A stretch of DNA of 17,189 nt. Origin: Flavobacteriales bacterium (GTDB taxonomy: Bacteria; Bacteroidota; Bacteroidia; Flavobacteriales_D; Crocinitomicaceae). This document shows positions 6,864 to 14,625 of the stretch, piece after piece; the stretch's first letter is position 1; each line of letters starts with the position of its first letter. The stretch covers positions 1 to 17,189 of the forward strand of contig CANCQX010000068.1 in assembly GCA_947380375.1 (NCBI GenBank), read 5' to 3'. The position numbers and the translations under genes were made by a program. The notes beneath the pieces were generated by a model. It made no database searches. It saw only the letters and a program-made list of their open reading frames with translations, and was not told where the DNA came from.

Positions 6864-9716
6864 ATGGAATACAATTTTCAAGACATAGAGCCAAAATGGA
6901 GAAAGATTTGGGCAGATAACAAAACGTTCAAAGCAGAAGATAATAGTTCAAAACCTAAATATTATGTATTGGATATGTTTCCTTACCCTTCAGGTGCAGG
7001 TTTACATGTGGGCCATCCTCTTGGCTACATTGCTTCAGATATTTATGCTCGTTATAAACGGTTACTAGGGTTCAATGTTCTCCATCCAATGGGTTATGAT
7101 TCTTTTGGTTTACCAGCCGAACAATATGCAATTCAAACAGGTCAACATCCTGCTATAACGACAGAACAAAATATTGAGAGATATAGAGATCAATTGGATA
7201 AAATTGGTTTTTCTTTTGATTGGGATAGAGAGGTTAGAACTTCATCTCCAGAATATTACAAATGGACGCAATGGATTTTCAAACAATTATTCGATTGTTA
7301 TTACGATAATACTACCAACAAAGCAGAACGTATTTCTAAATTAATTTCTGAATTTGAATTAAATGGAAATAAAAATGTAAATGCTTGTTCAGATTGTGAA
7401 ATTATTTTTACGGCTGAAGAATGGAAAGCATTTGATTTAAAAACAAAAGACGAAACTTTACAAGCTTATCGTTTAACTTTCTTAGCAGATTCTTGGGTAA
7501 ATTGGTGTCCAGCTTTAGGTACTGTTTTAGCGAATGATGAAATTGTAAATGGAGTTTCAGAAAGAGGTGGTCATCCAGTTGAACAAAAATTAATGCGTCA
7601 ATGGTCGATGCGAATTAAAGCTTATGCTGAACGTTTATTGACTGGATTAGAAGGTTTAGATTGGACAGATTCTGTAAAAGATATTCAAAGAAATTGGATT
7701 GGAAAATCGGTTGGTTCTTCAGTTAAGTTTGAGGTGTTTACTTCGAGAACCTCAGTCAACAATATGGGGACTGAGGCACTCGAAGTACCCGTAATCGAAG
7801 TCTTTACAACGCGACCTGATACAGTTTTCGGAGTTTCATTTATGGTTTTAGCACCAGAACATCCGTTAGTTGATCAAATTACGACTCCTGAATTTGCTTC
7901 ACAAATAGCTGAATACAAGAAAAATGCTTCTTTGAAATCAGAACGTGATCGTCAGTCGGATGTAAAAAACATTACAGGCCAAAATACAGGAGCTTTTGCT
8001 ATTCATCCATTTACAGGAGAAAAAATTCAAATTTGGATAGGTGATTATGTATTGGTTTCTTATGGTACAGGAGCTGTTATGGCTGTTCCATGTGGAGATC
8101 AACGCGATTATGATTTTGCGAAACATTTCAATATAGAAATTAAAAATATTTTTGAAAATATTGATATTTCCGAAGCTGCTTATACTGAGAAATCAGGTAA
8201 GATTGCAAATTCGGATTTTTTAAATGGTTTGGATGTAAAATCTGCAATGAAAAAAGCGATTGAAGCGATTGAAGCAAAAGGAATTGGAACAGGAAAAACA
8301 AATTATCGTTTGAGAGATGCTGTTTTCTCGAGACAGCGTTATTGGGGAGAACCATTTCCGGTTTATTACCAAGATGGATTACCAAAAATGATTCCTACTA
8401 TATATTTACCTATTGTATTACCCGAAGTTGAAAAATATCTTCCAACAGAAGACGGAAAACCACCTTTAGGAAATGCTTATGAATGGGCTTGGGATACGGT
8501 TGATAATCAAATTGTTGGGAATGTCAATATCGATAACAAAACTGTTTTCCCAATTGAGCTAAACACGATGCCAGGATGGGCGGGAAGTTCTTGGTATTTC
8601 TTGCGTTATATGGATTCTTCAAACGAAGATGCATTCGTAAGCAAAGAAAAAGCGGATTACTGGAAAAATGTAGATTTATACATCGGTGGTTCTGAACATG
8701 CTACAGGCCATTTATTGTACGCTCGTTTTTGGACTAAATTTTTATTCGATCAAGGCTTTATTTCATTTGATGAACCTTTTCAAAAAATGATCAATCAAGG
8801 GATGATTTTGGGAAGAAGTAGTTTTGTCTATAGAGTTAATGATACAAATATTTTTGTTTCAAGCTCTAAAAAAGGAGAATTTCAAACTACTGCACTTCAC
8901 GTAGACATTTCAATTGTTGATAATGATAAATTAGACACAGTTGCATTTAAAAATTCAAGAGAAGAATATAAAAATGCTGAATTTATCTTTGAAGAAAACG
9001 GAGATTATATCTGTGGACACGAAGTTGAAAAAATGTCTAAATCGAAATACAATGTTCAAACTCCAGATGAATTAGTAGAAAAATTTGGTGCAGATACATT
9101 ACGTATGTATGAAATGTTTTTAGGTCCTTTGGAGCAATTCAAACCTTGGGATACAAAAGGAATTACAGGTGTACATAATTTCTTGCGTAAATTGTGGAGA
9201 TTGTTCCACGATAAAGAAGGAAATTTCATCTTAACTTCAGATGTTCCTGAGAAAGAATCATTAAAAACATTGCACCGAACAATTAAAAAATTGGGTGAAG
9301 ATTTAAACCGTTTTTCTTTCAATACAGGTGTTTCAAACTTTATGATCTGTGTGAACGAATTAACGGAGCAAAAATGCAATAATCGTTCTATCTTACAAGA
9401 TTTGGTTATTCTTCTTTCTCCTTATGCGCCTCACATTGCTGAAGAATTATGGGAAAAAATTGGCAATGATAAAGGAACCATTAGTTTCGCAACTTTTCCA
9501 AAATTAGATGAAAGTATATTGGTAGAATCTAATTTTGAGTATCCTGTATCATTCAATGGAAAAATGAGATTTAAAGTTCAATTACCTTTAGCATTATCTG
9601 CTCAAGAAGTGGAAAAAGAAGTAATGAGTAGTGCAGAAGCTCTTAAATATTTGGAAGGAAAAGATCCTAAAAAGGTGATTGTAGTTCCAGGTAGAATTGT
9701 GAATGTGGTTATGTAG
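6864..9716 (+). CDS. leuS: Leucyl-tRNA synthetase.
   Basis: The 950-aa protein has the N-terminal class I HIGH motif region (YYVLDMFPYPSGAGLHVGHPLGY), the KMSKS motif (VEKMSKSKYN) and the editing-domain region. The N-terminus MEYNFQDIEPKWRKIW is typical of LeuRS. Confidence 0.95.
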   Translation: MEYNFQDIEPKWRKIWADNKTFKAEDNSSKPKYYVLDMFPYPSGAGLHVGHPLGYIASDIYARYKRLLGFNVLHPMGYDSFGLPAEQYAIQTGQHPAITTEQNIERYRDQLDKIGFSFDWDREVRTSSPEYYKWTQWIFKQLFDCYYDNTTNKAERISKLISEFELNGNKNVNACSDCEIIFTAEEWKAFDLKTKDETLQAYRLTFLADSWVNWCPALGTVLANDEIVNGVSERGGHPVEQKLMRQWSMRIKAYAERLLTGLEGLDWTDSVKDIQRNWIGKSVGSSVKFEVFTSRTSVNNMGTEALEVPVIEVFTTRPDTVFGVSFMVLAPEHPLVDQITTPEFASQIAEYKKNASLKSERDRQSDVKNITGQNTGAFAIHPFTGEKIQIWIGDYVLVSYGTGAVMAVPCGDQRDYDFAKHFNIEIKNIFENIDISEAAYTEKSGKIANSDFLNGLDVKSAMKKAIEAIEAKGIGTGKTNYRLRDAVFSRQRYWGEPFPVYYQDGLPKMIPTIYLPIVLPEVEKYLPTEDGKPPLGNAYEWAWDTVDNQIVGNVNIDNKTVFPIELNTMPGWAGSSWYFLRYMDSSNEDAFVSKEKADYWKNVDLYIGGSEHATGHLLYARFWTKFLFDQGFISFDEPFQKMINQGMILGRSSFVYRVNDTNIFVSSSKKGEFQTTALHVDISIVDNDKLDTVAFKNSREEYKNAEFIFEENGDYICGHEVEKMSKSKYNVQTPDELVEKFGADTLRMYEMFLGPLEQFKPWDTKGITGVHNFLRKLWRLFHDKEGNFILTSDVPEKESLKTLHRTIKKLGEDLNRFSFNTGVSNFMICVNELTEQKCNNRSILQDLVILLSPYAPHIAEELWEKIGNDKGTISFATFPKLDESILVESNFEYPVSFNGKMRFKVQLPLALSAQEVEKEVMSSAEALKYLEGKDPKKVIVVPGRIVNVVM

Positions 9717-9760
9717 ATTATAAATTAGCAGATTGCAAATTGATGATAATAGTATCGAAA

Positions 9761-9786
9761 GGTCAACCAATTGGTTGACCTTTTTT
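9761..9786 (+). terminator. Rho-independent terminator after leuS.
   Basis: Perfect 20-bp palindrome GGTCAACCAATTGGTTGACC immediately followed by TTTTTT, 45 nt after the leuS stop. Confidence 0.85.
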
Positions 9787-9804
9787 AGACGATTTTAATT
9801 TCAT

Positions 9805-9900
9805 ATTGACGGAATTAATACAATTTCCGTCAGATGATTGACGGAATTAATATAATTTTCGTCAAATGATTGACGGAATTAATATATTTTATTTATATTT
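9805..9900. repeat. Three tandem 32-bp direct repeats (9805-9836, 9837-9868, 9869-9900). Copies 1 and 2 contain the inverted repeat TGACGGAA-N10-TT(C/T)CGTCA, and copy 3 is degenerate in its 3' half. This is an operator-like array overlapping the promoter of the downstream ATPase gene.
   Basis: Read directly in the sequence: ATTGACGGAATTAATACAATTTCCGTCAGATG / ATTGACGGAATTAATATAATTTTCGTCAAATG / ATTGACGGAATTAATATATTTTATTTATATTT. Confidence 0.8.
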
Positions 9901-9901
9901 G
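9894..9901 (+). promoter_or_regulatory. Candidate -7 box TATATTTG for the ATPase gene. The TTG of repeat copy 3 (9870-9872) sits at the -33 position.
   Basis: TAnnTTTG lies 18 nt upstream of the ATG at 9920. There are 21 nt between the TTG and the TA. Confidence 0.4.
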
Positions 9902-9919
9902 ATTTTAAATAATCATTAA

Positions 9920-11065
9920 ATGAGTTACATTCATCGAACTGTTGAAGCCAATATTTTAAAGTATTTACGTCCGAATAAAGCGGTTGTTTTGTTAGGAGCG
10001 AGAAGAGTAGGTAAAACGAAATTGATAGAATCAATTATTAAACAAGTAGATGAACCGCATTTAATTTTAAATGGCGACGATCAGGATACATTGAATATTT
10101 TAGCAGAAAAAAGCCGAGTTAATTACGAACGTTTGTTAGGAAAAATTCGATTTTTAGTCATTGATGAAGCACAAGAGATACCAGATATTGGATCGAAATT
10201 AAAACTGATGGTTGATTCAATAGAAGGATTGAAAATTTTAGTGACCGGTTCATCTGTTTTGGATTTAAATAATAATGTTGGAGAACCATTGGTTGGAAGA
10301 AAAATGACTTTTCATTTATACCCTTTCTCACAAACTGAATTATCGACGAAGGAAAATTATTTAGAAACAGTTCAAAATTTAGAAACACGATTAATCTACG
10401 GCACTTATCCAGAGTTAGAATTTTTACCAACATTACAAGAAAAATCAGCTTATTTAAATGAGATTATAAATTCTTATTTATTAAAGGATATATTGGCGTA
10501 TGAAGGAATTCAGCGAAGAGAAAAAATAGTTTCTTTGCTTAGAATTATTGCATACAGAGTGGGTAGTGAAATATCTATCGAATCGATTGGTAATGAATTA
10601 GGAATTAGTAAAAACACAGTTGATAAATACCTTGACTTATTGTCTAAAGTATTTATCATCAAAAAAGTATCAGGATATAGTAGAAATTTAGATAATGAAA
10701 TAACAAAAAAAGCAAAATGGTATTTTTTTGATAATGGTATCCGAAATGCTATTATATCCAATTTTAATCGGTTGGAATTAAGAGATGATCAAGGTAAATT
10801 ATGGGAAAACTATTTAGTTTCGGAACGTATCAAGAAACAAGAATATTCAATGGATTATACCGCAAATTATTTTTGGAGAACCCACGCTAAACAAGAAATA
10901 GATTGGATTGAAGAAAGAGATGGTGGATTAAAAGCATTCGAATTCAAATGGTCTAAAAGTGGAAAGGCAAGAGTTCCAATCGCTTGGCAAAAAGGATATC
11001 CAGATTCAACATTTGAAGTAGTAGACAGAAGTAATTATCTTGATTTTATTTCGGAGCAAGAATAA
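9920..11065 (+). CDS. AAA+ ATPase of the AAA_14/DUF4143 (COG1373) family, with an internal wHTH-like segment and a C-terminal D...ExK nuclease-like motif.
   Basis: Walker A VVLLGARRVGKTKL and Walker B FLVIDEAQ. The HTH-like segment is IGNELGISKNTVDKYLDLLSKVFII. The C-terminal region ...QEIDWIEERDGGLKAFEFKWS... matches what I recall of the DUF4143 architecture (the DUF4143 definition is from memory, not verified) and contains a D-x17-E-x-K spacing. Confidence 0.75.
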   Translation: MSYIHRTVEANILKYLRPNKAVVLLGARRVGKTKLIESIIKQVDEPHLILNGDDQDTLNILAEKSRVNYERLLGKIRFLVIDEAQEIPDIGSKLKLMVDSIEGLKILVTGSSVLDLNNNVGEPLVGRKMTFHLYPFSQTELSTKENYLETVQNLETRLIYGTYPELEFLPTLQEKSAYLNEIINSYLLKDILAYEGIQRREKIVSLLRIIAYRVGSEISIESIGNELGISKNTVDKYLDLLSKVFIIKKVSGYSRNLDNEITKKAKWYFFDNGIRNAIISNFNRLELRDDQGKLWENYLVSERIKKQEYSMDYTANYFWRTHAKQEIDWIEERDGGLKAFEFKWSKSGKARVPIAWQKGYPDSTFEVVDRSNYLDFISEQE

Positions 11066-11088
11066 TTTTATTCACTCAAACAATTCAC

Positions 11089-11096
11089 TATCTTTG
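11089..11096 (+). promoter_or_regulatory. Bacteroidetes -7 box TATCTTTG for pgk.
   Basis: Exact TAnnTTTG 17 nt upstream of the pgk ATG, and the same octamer as upstream of higB. Confidence 0.45.
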
Positions 11097-11113
11097 CAAA
11101 AAACTTCATAACA

Positions 11114-12319
11114 ATGGCTGATATACATACATACGATTTTACAGGTAAAAGAGCGTTAATTCGCGTAGATTTCAATGTCCCTCTGGATAGTAAAACTCTT
11201 GAGGTTACAGATGACACTAGAATTAGAGCAGCGTTGCCTACAATTCAACACATTTTAAAAAATGGTGGAAGTGTAGTTTTAATGTCTCATTTAGGACGAC
11301 CAAAAGATGCTTCTGATGATAAATTTTCATTGTGTCATATTGTAAAACGTGTATCTGAATTATTAGGAAAACCAGTTGCTTTTGCAGAAGATTGTATTGG
11401 AGAGAAAGCATTTGAAATGAGTGCAAATCTTCCTGCAGGTGAAGTTTTATTGTTGGAAAATTTACGTTATTATAAACACGAAACAACGGGTACTGAAAGT
11501 TTCGCAGAACAATTAGCAAAACATGGTGATGTTTATGTTAACGATGCATTTGGAACGGCGCATAGAGCTCACGCAAGTACAGCAGTAATTGCAAAATTTT
11601 TCCCGAAAGATAAAATGTTTGGTTTCTTATTAGAAGCTGAAATCATAAGTGTAGATAAAGTATTAAATAGTAATGAAAAACCATTGACAGCAATAGTTGG
11701 TGGGGCAAAAGTATCTTCAAAAATTGTCATTATCGAGCGACTTTTAGATAAAGTTGACAACCTAATTGTTGGAGGAGGTATGGCTTACACTTTTGTGAAA
11801 GCAGTTGGTGGACAAGTAGGAAATTCTTTAGTTGAAGATGATTACTTGGAAATGGCTAGAGATATTATTACCAAAGCAAAAAATAATGGAGTGAATTTAT
11901 ACATTCCAACAGATACTGTAATTGCAGATAAATTTTCAAACGAAGCAAAAACGAAAATTGTAAATATTAATGAAATTCCTTCAGGATGGATGGGATTAGA
12001 TGTTGGTCCAGAAACTTCAAAAGCTTGTGCTGATATCATTGAAAATTCTAAATTGATTTTATGGAATGGTCCAATGGGAGTTTTTGAAATGTCAAAATTT
12101 CAACAAGGTACGAAGGACATTGCAAATGCAATCGTAACGGCAACTGAAAAAGGAGCTTTTTCATTAATTGGAGGAGGAGACTCTGTAGCTGCAATTAATT
12201 TATTCAACTTGGCTGATAAAGTAAGTTATGTTTCAACAGGAGGAGGAGCAATGCTTGAATATTTAGAAGGAATTGAATTACCAGGAATTAAAGCAATTCG
12301 TGAAGAAGTTGAAGCTTAA
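11114..12319 (+). CDS. pgk: Phosphoglycerate kinase.
   Basis: The 401-aa protein has RVDFNVP, SHLGRP, the substrate-binding region and the hinge/ATP-binding motifs ([13 protein letters not shown]). Confidence 0.95.
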   Translation: MADIHTYDFTGKRALIRVDFNVPLDSKTLEVTDDTRIRAALPTIQHILKNGGSVVLMSHLGRPKDASDDKFSLCHIVKRVSELLGKPVAFAEDCIGEKAFEMSANLPAGEVLLLENLRYYKHETTGTESFAEQLAKHGDVYVNDAFGTAHRAHASTAVIAKFFPKDKMFGFLLEAEIISVDKVLNSNEKPLTAIVGGAKVSSKIVIIERLLDKVDNLIVGGGMAYTFVKAVGGQVGNSLVEDDYLEMARDIITKAKNNGVNLYIPTDTVIADKFSNEAKTKIVNINEIPSGWMGLDVGPETSKACADIIENSKLILWNGPMGVFEMSKFQQGTKDIANAIVTATEKGAFSLIGGGDSVAAINLFNLADKVSYVSTGGGAMLEYLEGIELPGIKAIREEVEA

Positions 12320-12335
12320 TTAGAAAAGTATAAAA

Positions 12336-12373
12336 CTAAAAAAGCGATTATCAATCTGATAATCGCTTTTTTT
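12336..12373. terminator. Bidirectional rho-independent terminator between convergent pgk (+) and the J-domain gene (-).
   Basis: AAAAAA-AAGCGATTATCA-ATC-TGATAATCGCTT-TTTTTTT forms a 12-bp perfect stem flanked by an A-run on one side and a T-run on the other. Confidence 0.85.
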
Positions 12374-12396
12374 ATGGTATTTTTTTTAAATCAGTC

Positions 12397-12846
12397 TTAA
12401 GCTACTACAGGTTGTTGAGTAACATTTCTGTATGTGAAAACTGTACAAATTTTTCTTCTTGCAAAACGAGCAGTAGAATCAGATTGACATAATTTTGTAT
12501 AAACATCTTTAGAAACACCGAAATATTCATAGCTATTACCATCAGAGAAATCTAAACGTAATATTTGACCTTTGTAATGGAAATCAGTGATAATGTTATT
12601 TGAAATACTTTCAGTATATGTTTCTAAATTATTTTTAGCTGTTTCAGGAGAAATACTTACCAAAAAATGGTACGCTTCAATAATTGTTTTACTTTTCTCT
12701 TCTGCAGCAAGTTTTCCTGCTTCATCGTTCACAAATTTATCAGGGTGAAATTCCTTCATAAATTTACGGTAAATCGATTTCATATCGTTTAATGATGTAG
12801 CTCTTTCCGTACCTAAAAGCTTTCTAAATTCAACAACTCTTTTCAT
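12397..12846 (-). CDS. J-domain (DnaJ-like) protein with a C-terminal KTSC-like domain.
   Basis: N-terminal J domain with an HPD motif (MKEFHPDKF). The C-terminal GNSYEYFGVSKDVYTKLCQSDSTARFARRKI matches the KTSC-domain pattern (Y.Y..V....Y..L..A.S.G..F). Confidence 0.7.
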   Translation of the reverse strand: MKRVVEFRKLLGTERATSLNDMKSIYRKFMKEFHPDKFVNDEAGKLAAEEKSKTIIEAYHFLVSISPETAKNNLETYTESISNNIITDFHYKGQILRLDFSDGNSYEYFGVSKDVYTKLCQSDSTARFARRKICTVFTYRNVTQQPVVA

Positions 12847-12999
12847 AAAATAATTTAATGCTAATGTTTGTCCTTTCGTTTTAAGGATTAATTTGTGTAA
12901 AGATACAATCTTTTTCAGAAATGGAAAAAAGAAGTATGATTTTCAGACTAAAAATGATGTTAAATTAATTTACAGTTAAACTTTAGTCTACAAAATAAT

Positions 13000-13974
13000 T
13001 CATTTTTGAATTCCCCATCTAGAATTTTTCCATTCTTTTTGTTGTTCTTTATCAAGAAAAGTCCAGGCTACAATTCGACTCGTTTTATTGCCTTGTCCCA
13101 TAGGAAGGGTTTTAACATCAAATGCTTCTGCTTTTTCAAGAGCCTCATATATACTTGAAAGATTTGCTTGTTTAGAGATTAAAGTTGAAAACCAAAAACA
13201 AGAATTTCTGTATTGACGACTTTGTCTGACCATATTTCTTACAAATCGTTCTTCTCCACCTTCACACCATAATTCTCCGTTTTGTCCACCAAAGTTTAAA
13301 TTTATTTTTTTAACTACTTTTTGGTTTAAATTGGATAATTTACGAAGTGTTCCGGCCTCAGCTTCAGCTTTGGAAGAATGAAAAGGAGGGTTACAAATTG
13401 ATAAGTCGATAATTTCATCTTCTTTTAAAATCCCAGTAAAAATATCTTTAGGATTCATTTGTAATCTAGGGTCAATAAAATCTTTTAGAAAAGAATTATT
13501 TTCAATAATCGTATTTACAGAGTCAATAGAAACGGGATCTATATCTGCGCCAATAAATGACCAACCGTATTCTTTATTTCCTATAATTGGATAGACACAA
13601 TTTGCTCCAACTCCAATATCTAAGCATTTAATTTGAGGACCAGTTGGAATTTTACCATAATTATTAACGCACAATAAATCAGCAATATGGTGAATATAAT
13701 CGGCTCTTCCAGGAATTGGTGGACACAAATAATCTACAGGAATATCCCAATTTTGAACTCCGTAATAATGTTTCAACAAAGCTTTATTTAACAACTTAAC
13801 AGCCTCTGGATTCGCAAAATCTATCGATTCATCGTTGTGAATATTTAGCTTCACAAAATCCGCTAATTCAGGACAATCTTGAATTAATAGATTAAAATTA
13901 TATCTTTCACGGTGTTTATTACGTGGATGTATTTTAGCTTTTTCCTTTGGGTGTTCTTTCTTTTTTTGAGACAT
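13000..13974 (-). CDS. rlmF: 23S rRNA (adenine1618-N6)-methyltransferase.
   Basis: N-terminal ...IHPRNKHRERYNFNLLIQDCPELADFVKLNIHNDESIDFANPEAVKLLNKALL...WDIP.DYLCPPIPGRADYIHHIADLL is the hallmark RlmF/YbiN region. It also has the SAM-binding LDIGVGANCVYP and the NPPF(H) catalytic motif. Confidence 0.9.
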   Translation of the reverse strand: MSQKKKEHPKEKAKIHPRNKHRERYNFNLLIQDCPELADFVKLNIHNDESIDFANPEAVKLLNKALLKHYYGVQNWDIPVDYLCPPIPGRADYIHHIADLLCVNNYGKIPTGPQIKCLDIGVGANCVYPIIGNKEYGWSFIGADIDPVSIDSVNTIIENNSFLKDFIDPRLQMNPKDIFTGILKEDEIIDLSICNPPFHSSKAEAEAGTLRKLSNLNQKVVKKINLNFGGQNGELWCEGGEERFVRNMVRQSRQYRNSCFWFSTLISKQANLSSIYEALEKAEAFDVKTLPMGQGNKTSRIVAWTFLDKEQQKEWKNSRWGIQK

Positions 13975-13988
13975 TTATAGGATTGTAT

Positions 13989-14570
13989 TTACCCGTGTAT
14001 TGTTTCTTCTTTTCCATAATTTGCAATTACAGAAGCTTCGTATGCTAACCATTCTTTCCAACGTTTGTCAACATCGATTCCTTCACCGTATTTTCTTGCA
14101 AAACCTAAAAAAGTAGTGTAATGTCCGGCTTCACTTATCATTAAATCGCGGTAAAATTTAGCTAATGTTTCATCTTTAATATTTTCAGACAATACTTTAA
14201 AACGTTCACAGCTTCTTGCTTCAATCATTGCAGAAAACAACAAACGATCTACCAATGCAATCTCTCTGCTAGCTCCTTTTTTCATAAATTGAACAAGCTC
14301 GTTTACATAACTATCTTTACGTTCACGACCGAATGTTAAGCCCCTCTCCAAAATAAGATCGTGTACCATTTTAAAGTGTTCGATTTCTTCCCTTGAGATA
14401 TCTAATAATGCTGATACAAGTTCTGGCTTTTCAGAATTGTTAATGATTATCGTTATACAATTTGTTGCAGCTTTTTGTTCGCACCAAGCGTGATCTGTTA
14501 AGATCTCTTCAATATTTGATTCTACAATATTTACCCATCTAGGGTCTGTTGCAAGTTGTAATCCTAACAT
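13989..14570 (-). CDS. miaE: tRNA-(ms2io6A37)-hydroxylase MiaE, a ferritin-like diiron monooxygenase.
   Basis: The 193-aa protein has the N-terminal MLGLQLATDPRWVNI, and DHAWCEQKAA plus EE.EHF...E.R...ISEAGHY diiron ligand motifs typical of MiaE. Confidence 0.8.
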   Translation of the reverse strand: MLGLQLATDPRWVNIVESNIEEILTDHAWCEQKAATNCITIIINNSEKPELVSALLDISREEIEHFKMVHDLILERGLTFGRERKDSYVNELVQFMKKGASREIALVDRLLFSAMIEARSCERFKVLSENIKDETLAKFYRDLMISEAGHYTTFLGFARKYGEGIDVDKRWKEWLAYEASVIANYGKEETIHG

Positions 14571-14625
14571 ATGTTTTGTTTTAACACGTTGAATGTGTAG
14601 TTGTTGAGATACTAAATCTTACCTT

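Noticed and set aside
7938-9379. Three minus-strand ORFs (62, 81 and 107 aa) inside leuS.
   Set aside because: They are antisense to leuS, whose identification is unambiguous.
9805-9900. Possible CRISPR array or replication iterons.
   Set aside because: There are only three units with no unique spacers between them, since the repeats are contiguous. There are no cas genes, and the unit is itself palindromic and sits on a promoter. An operator or repeat-element interpretation fits better.
10158-10761. Two minus-strand ORFs inside the ATPase gene, and similar antisense ORFs inside pgk (11238-12039).
   Set aside because: They are antisense to CDSs with clear Walker and PGK motifs.
12945-12989. 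AGACTAAA...TTTAGTCT 8-bp inverted repeat after the rlmF stop, as a possible terminator.
   Set aside because: The loop is about 29 nt and there is no adjacent U-tract on the minus strand. This is weak support.
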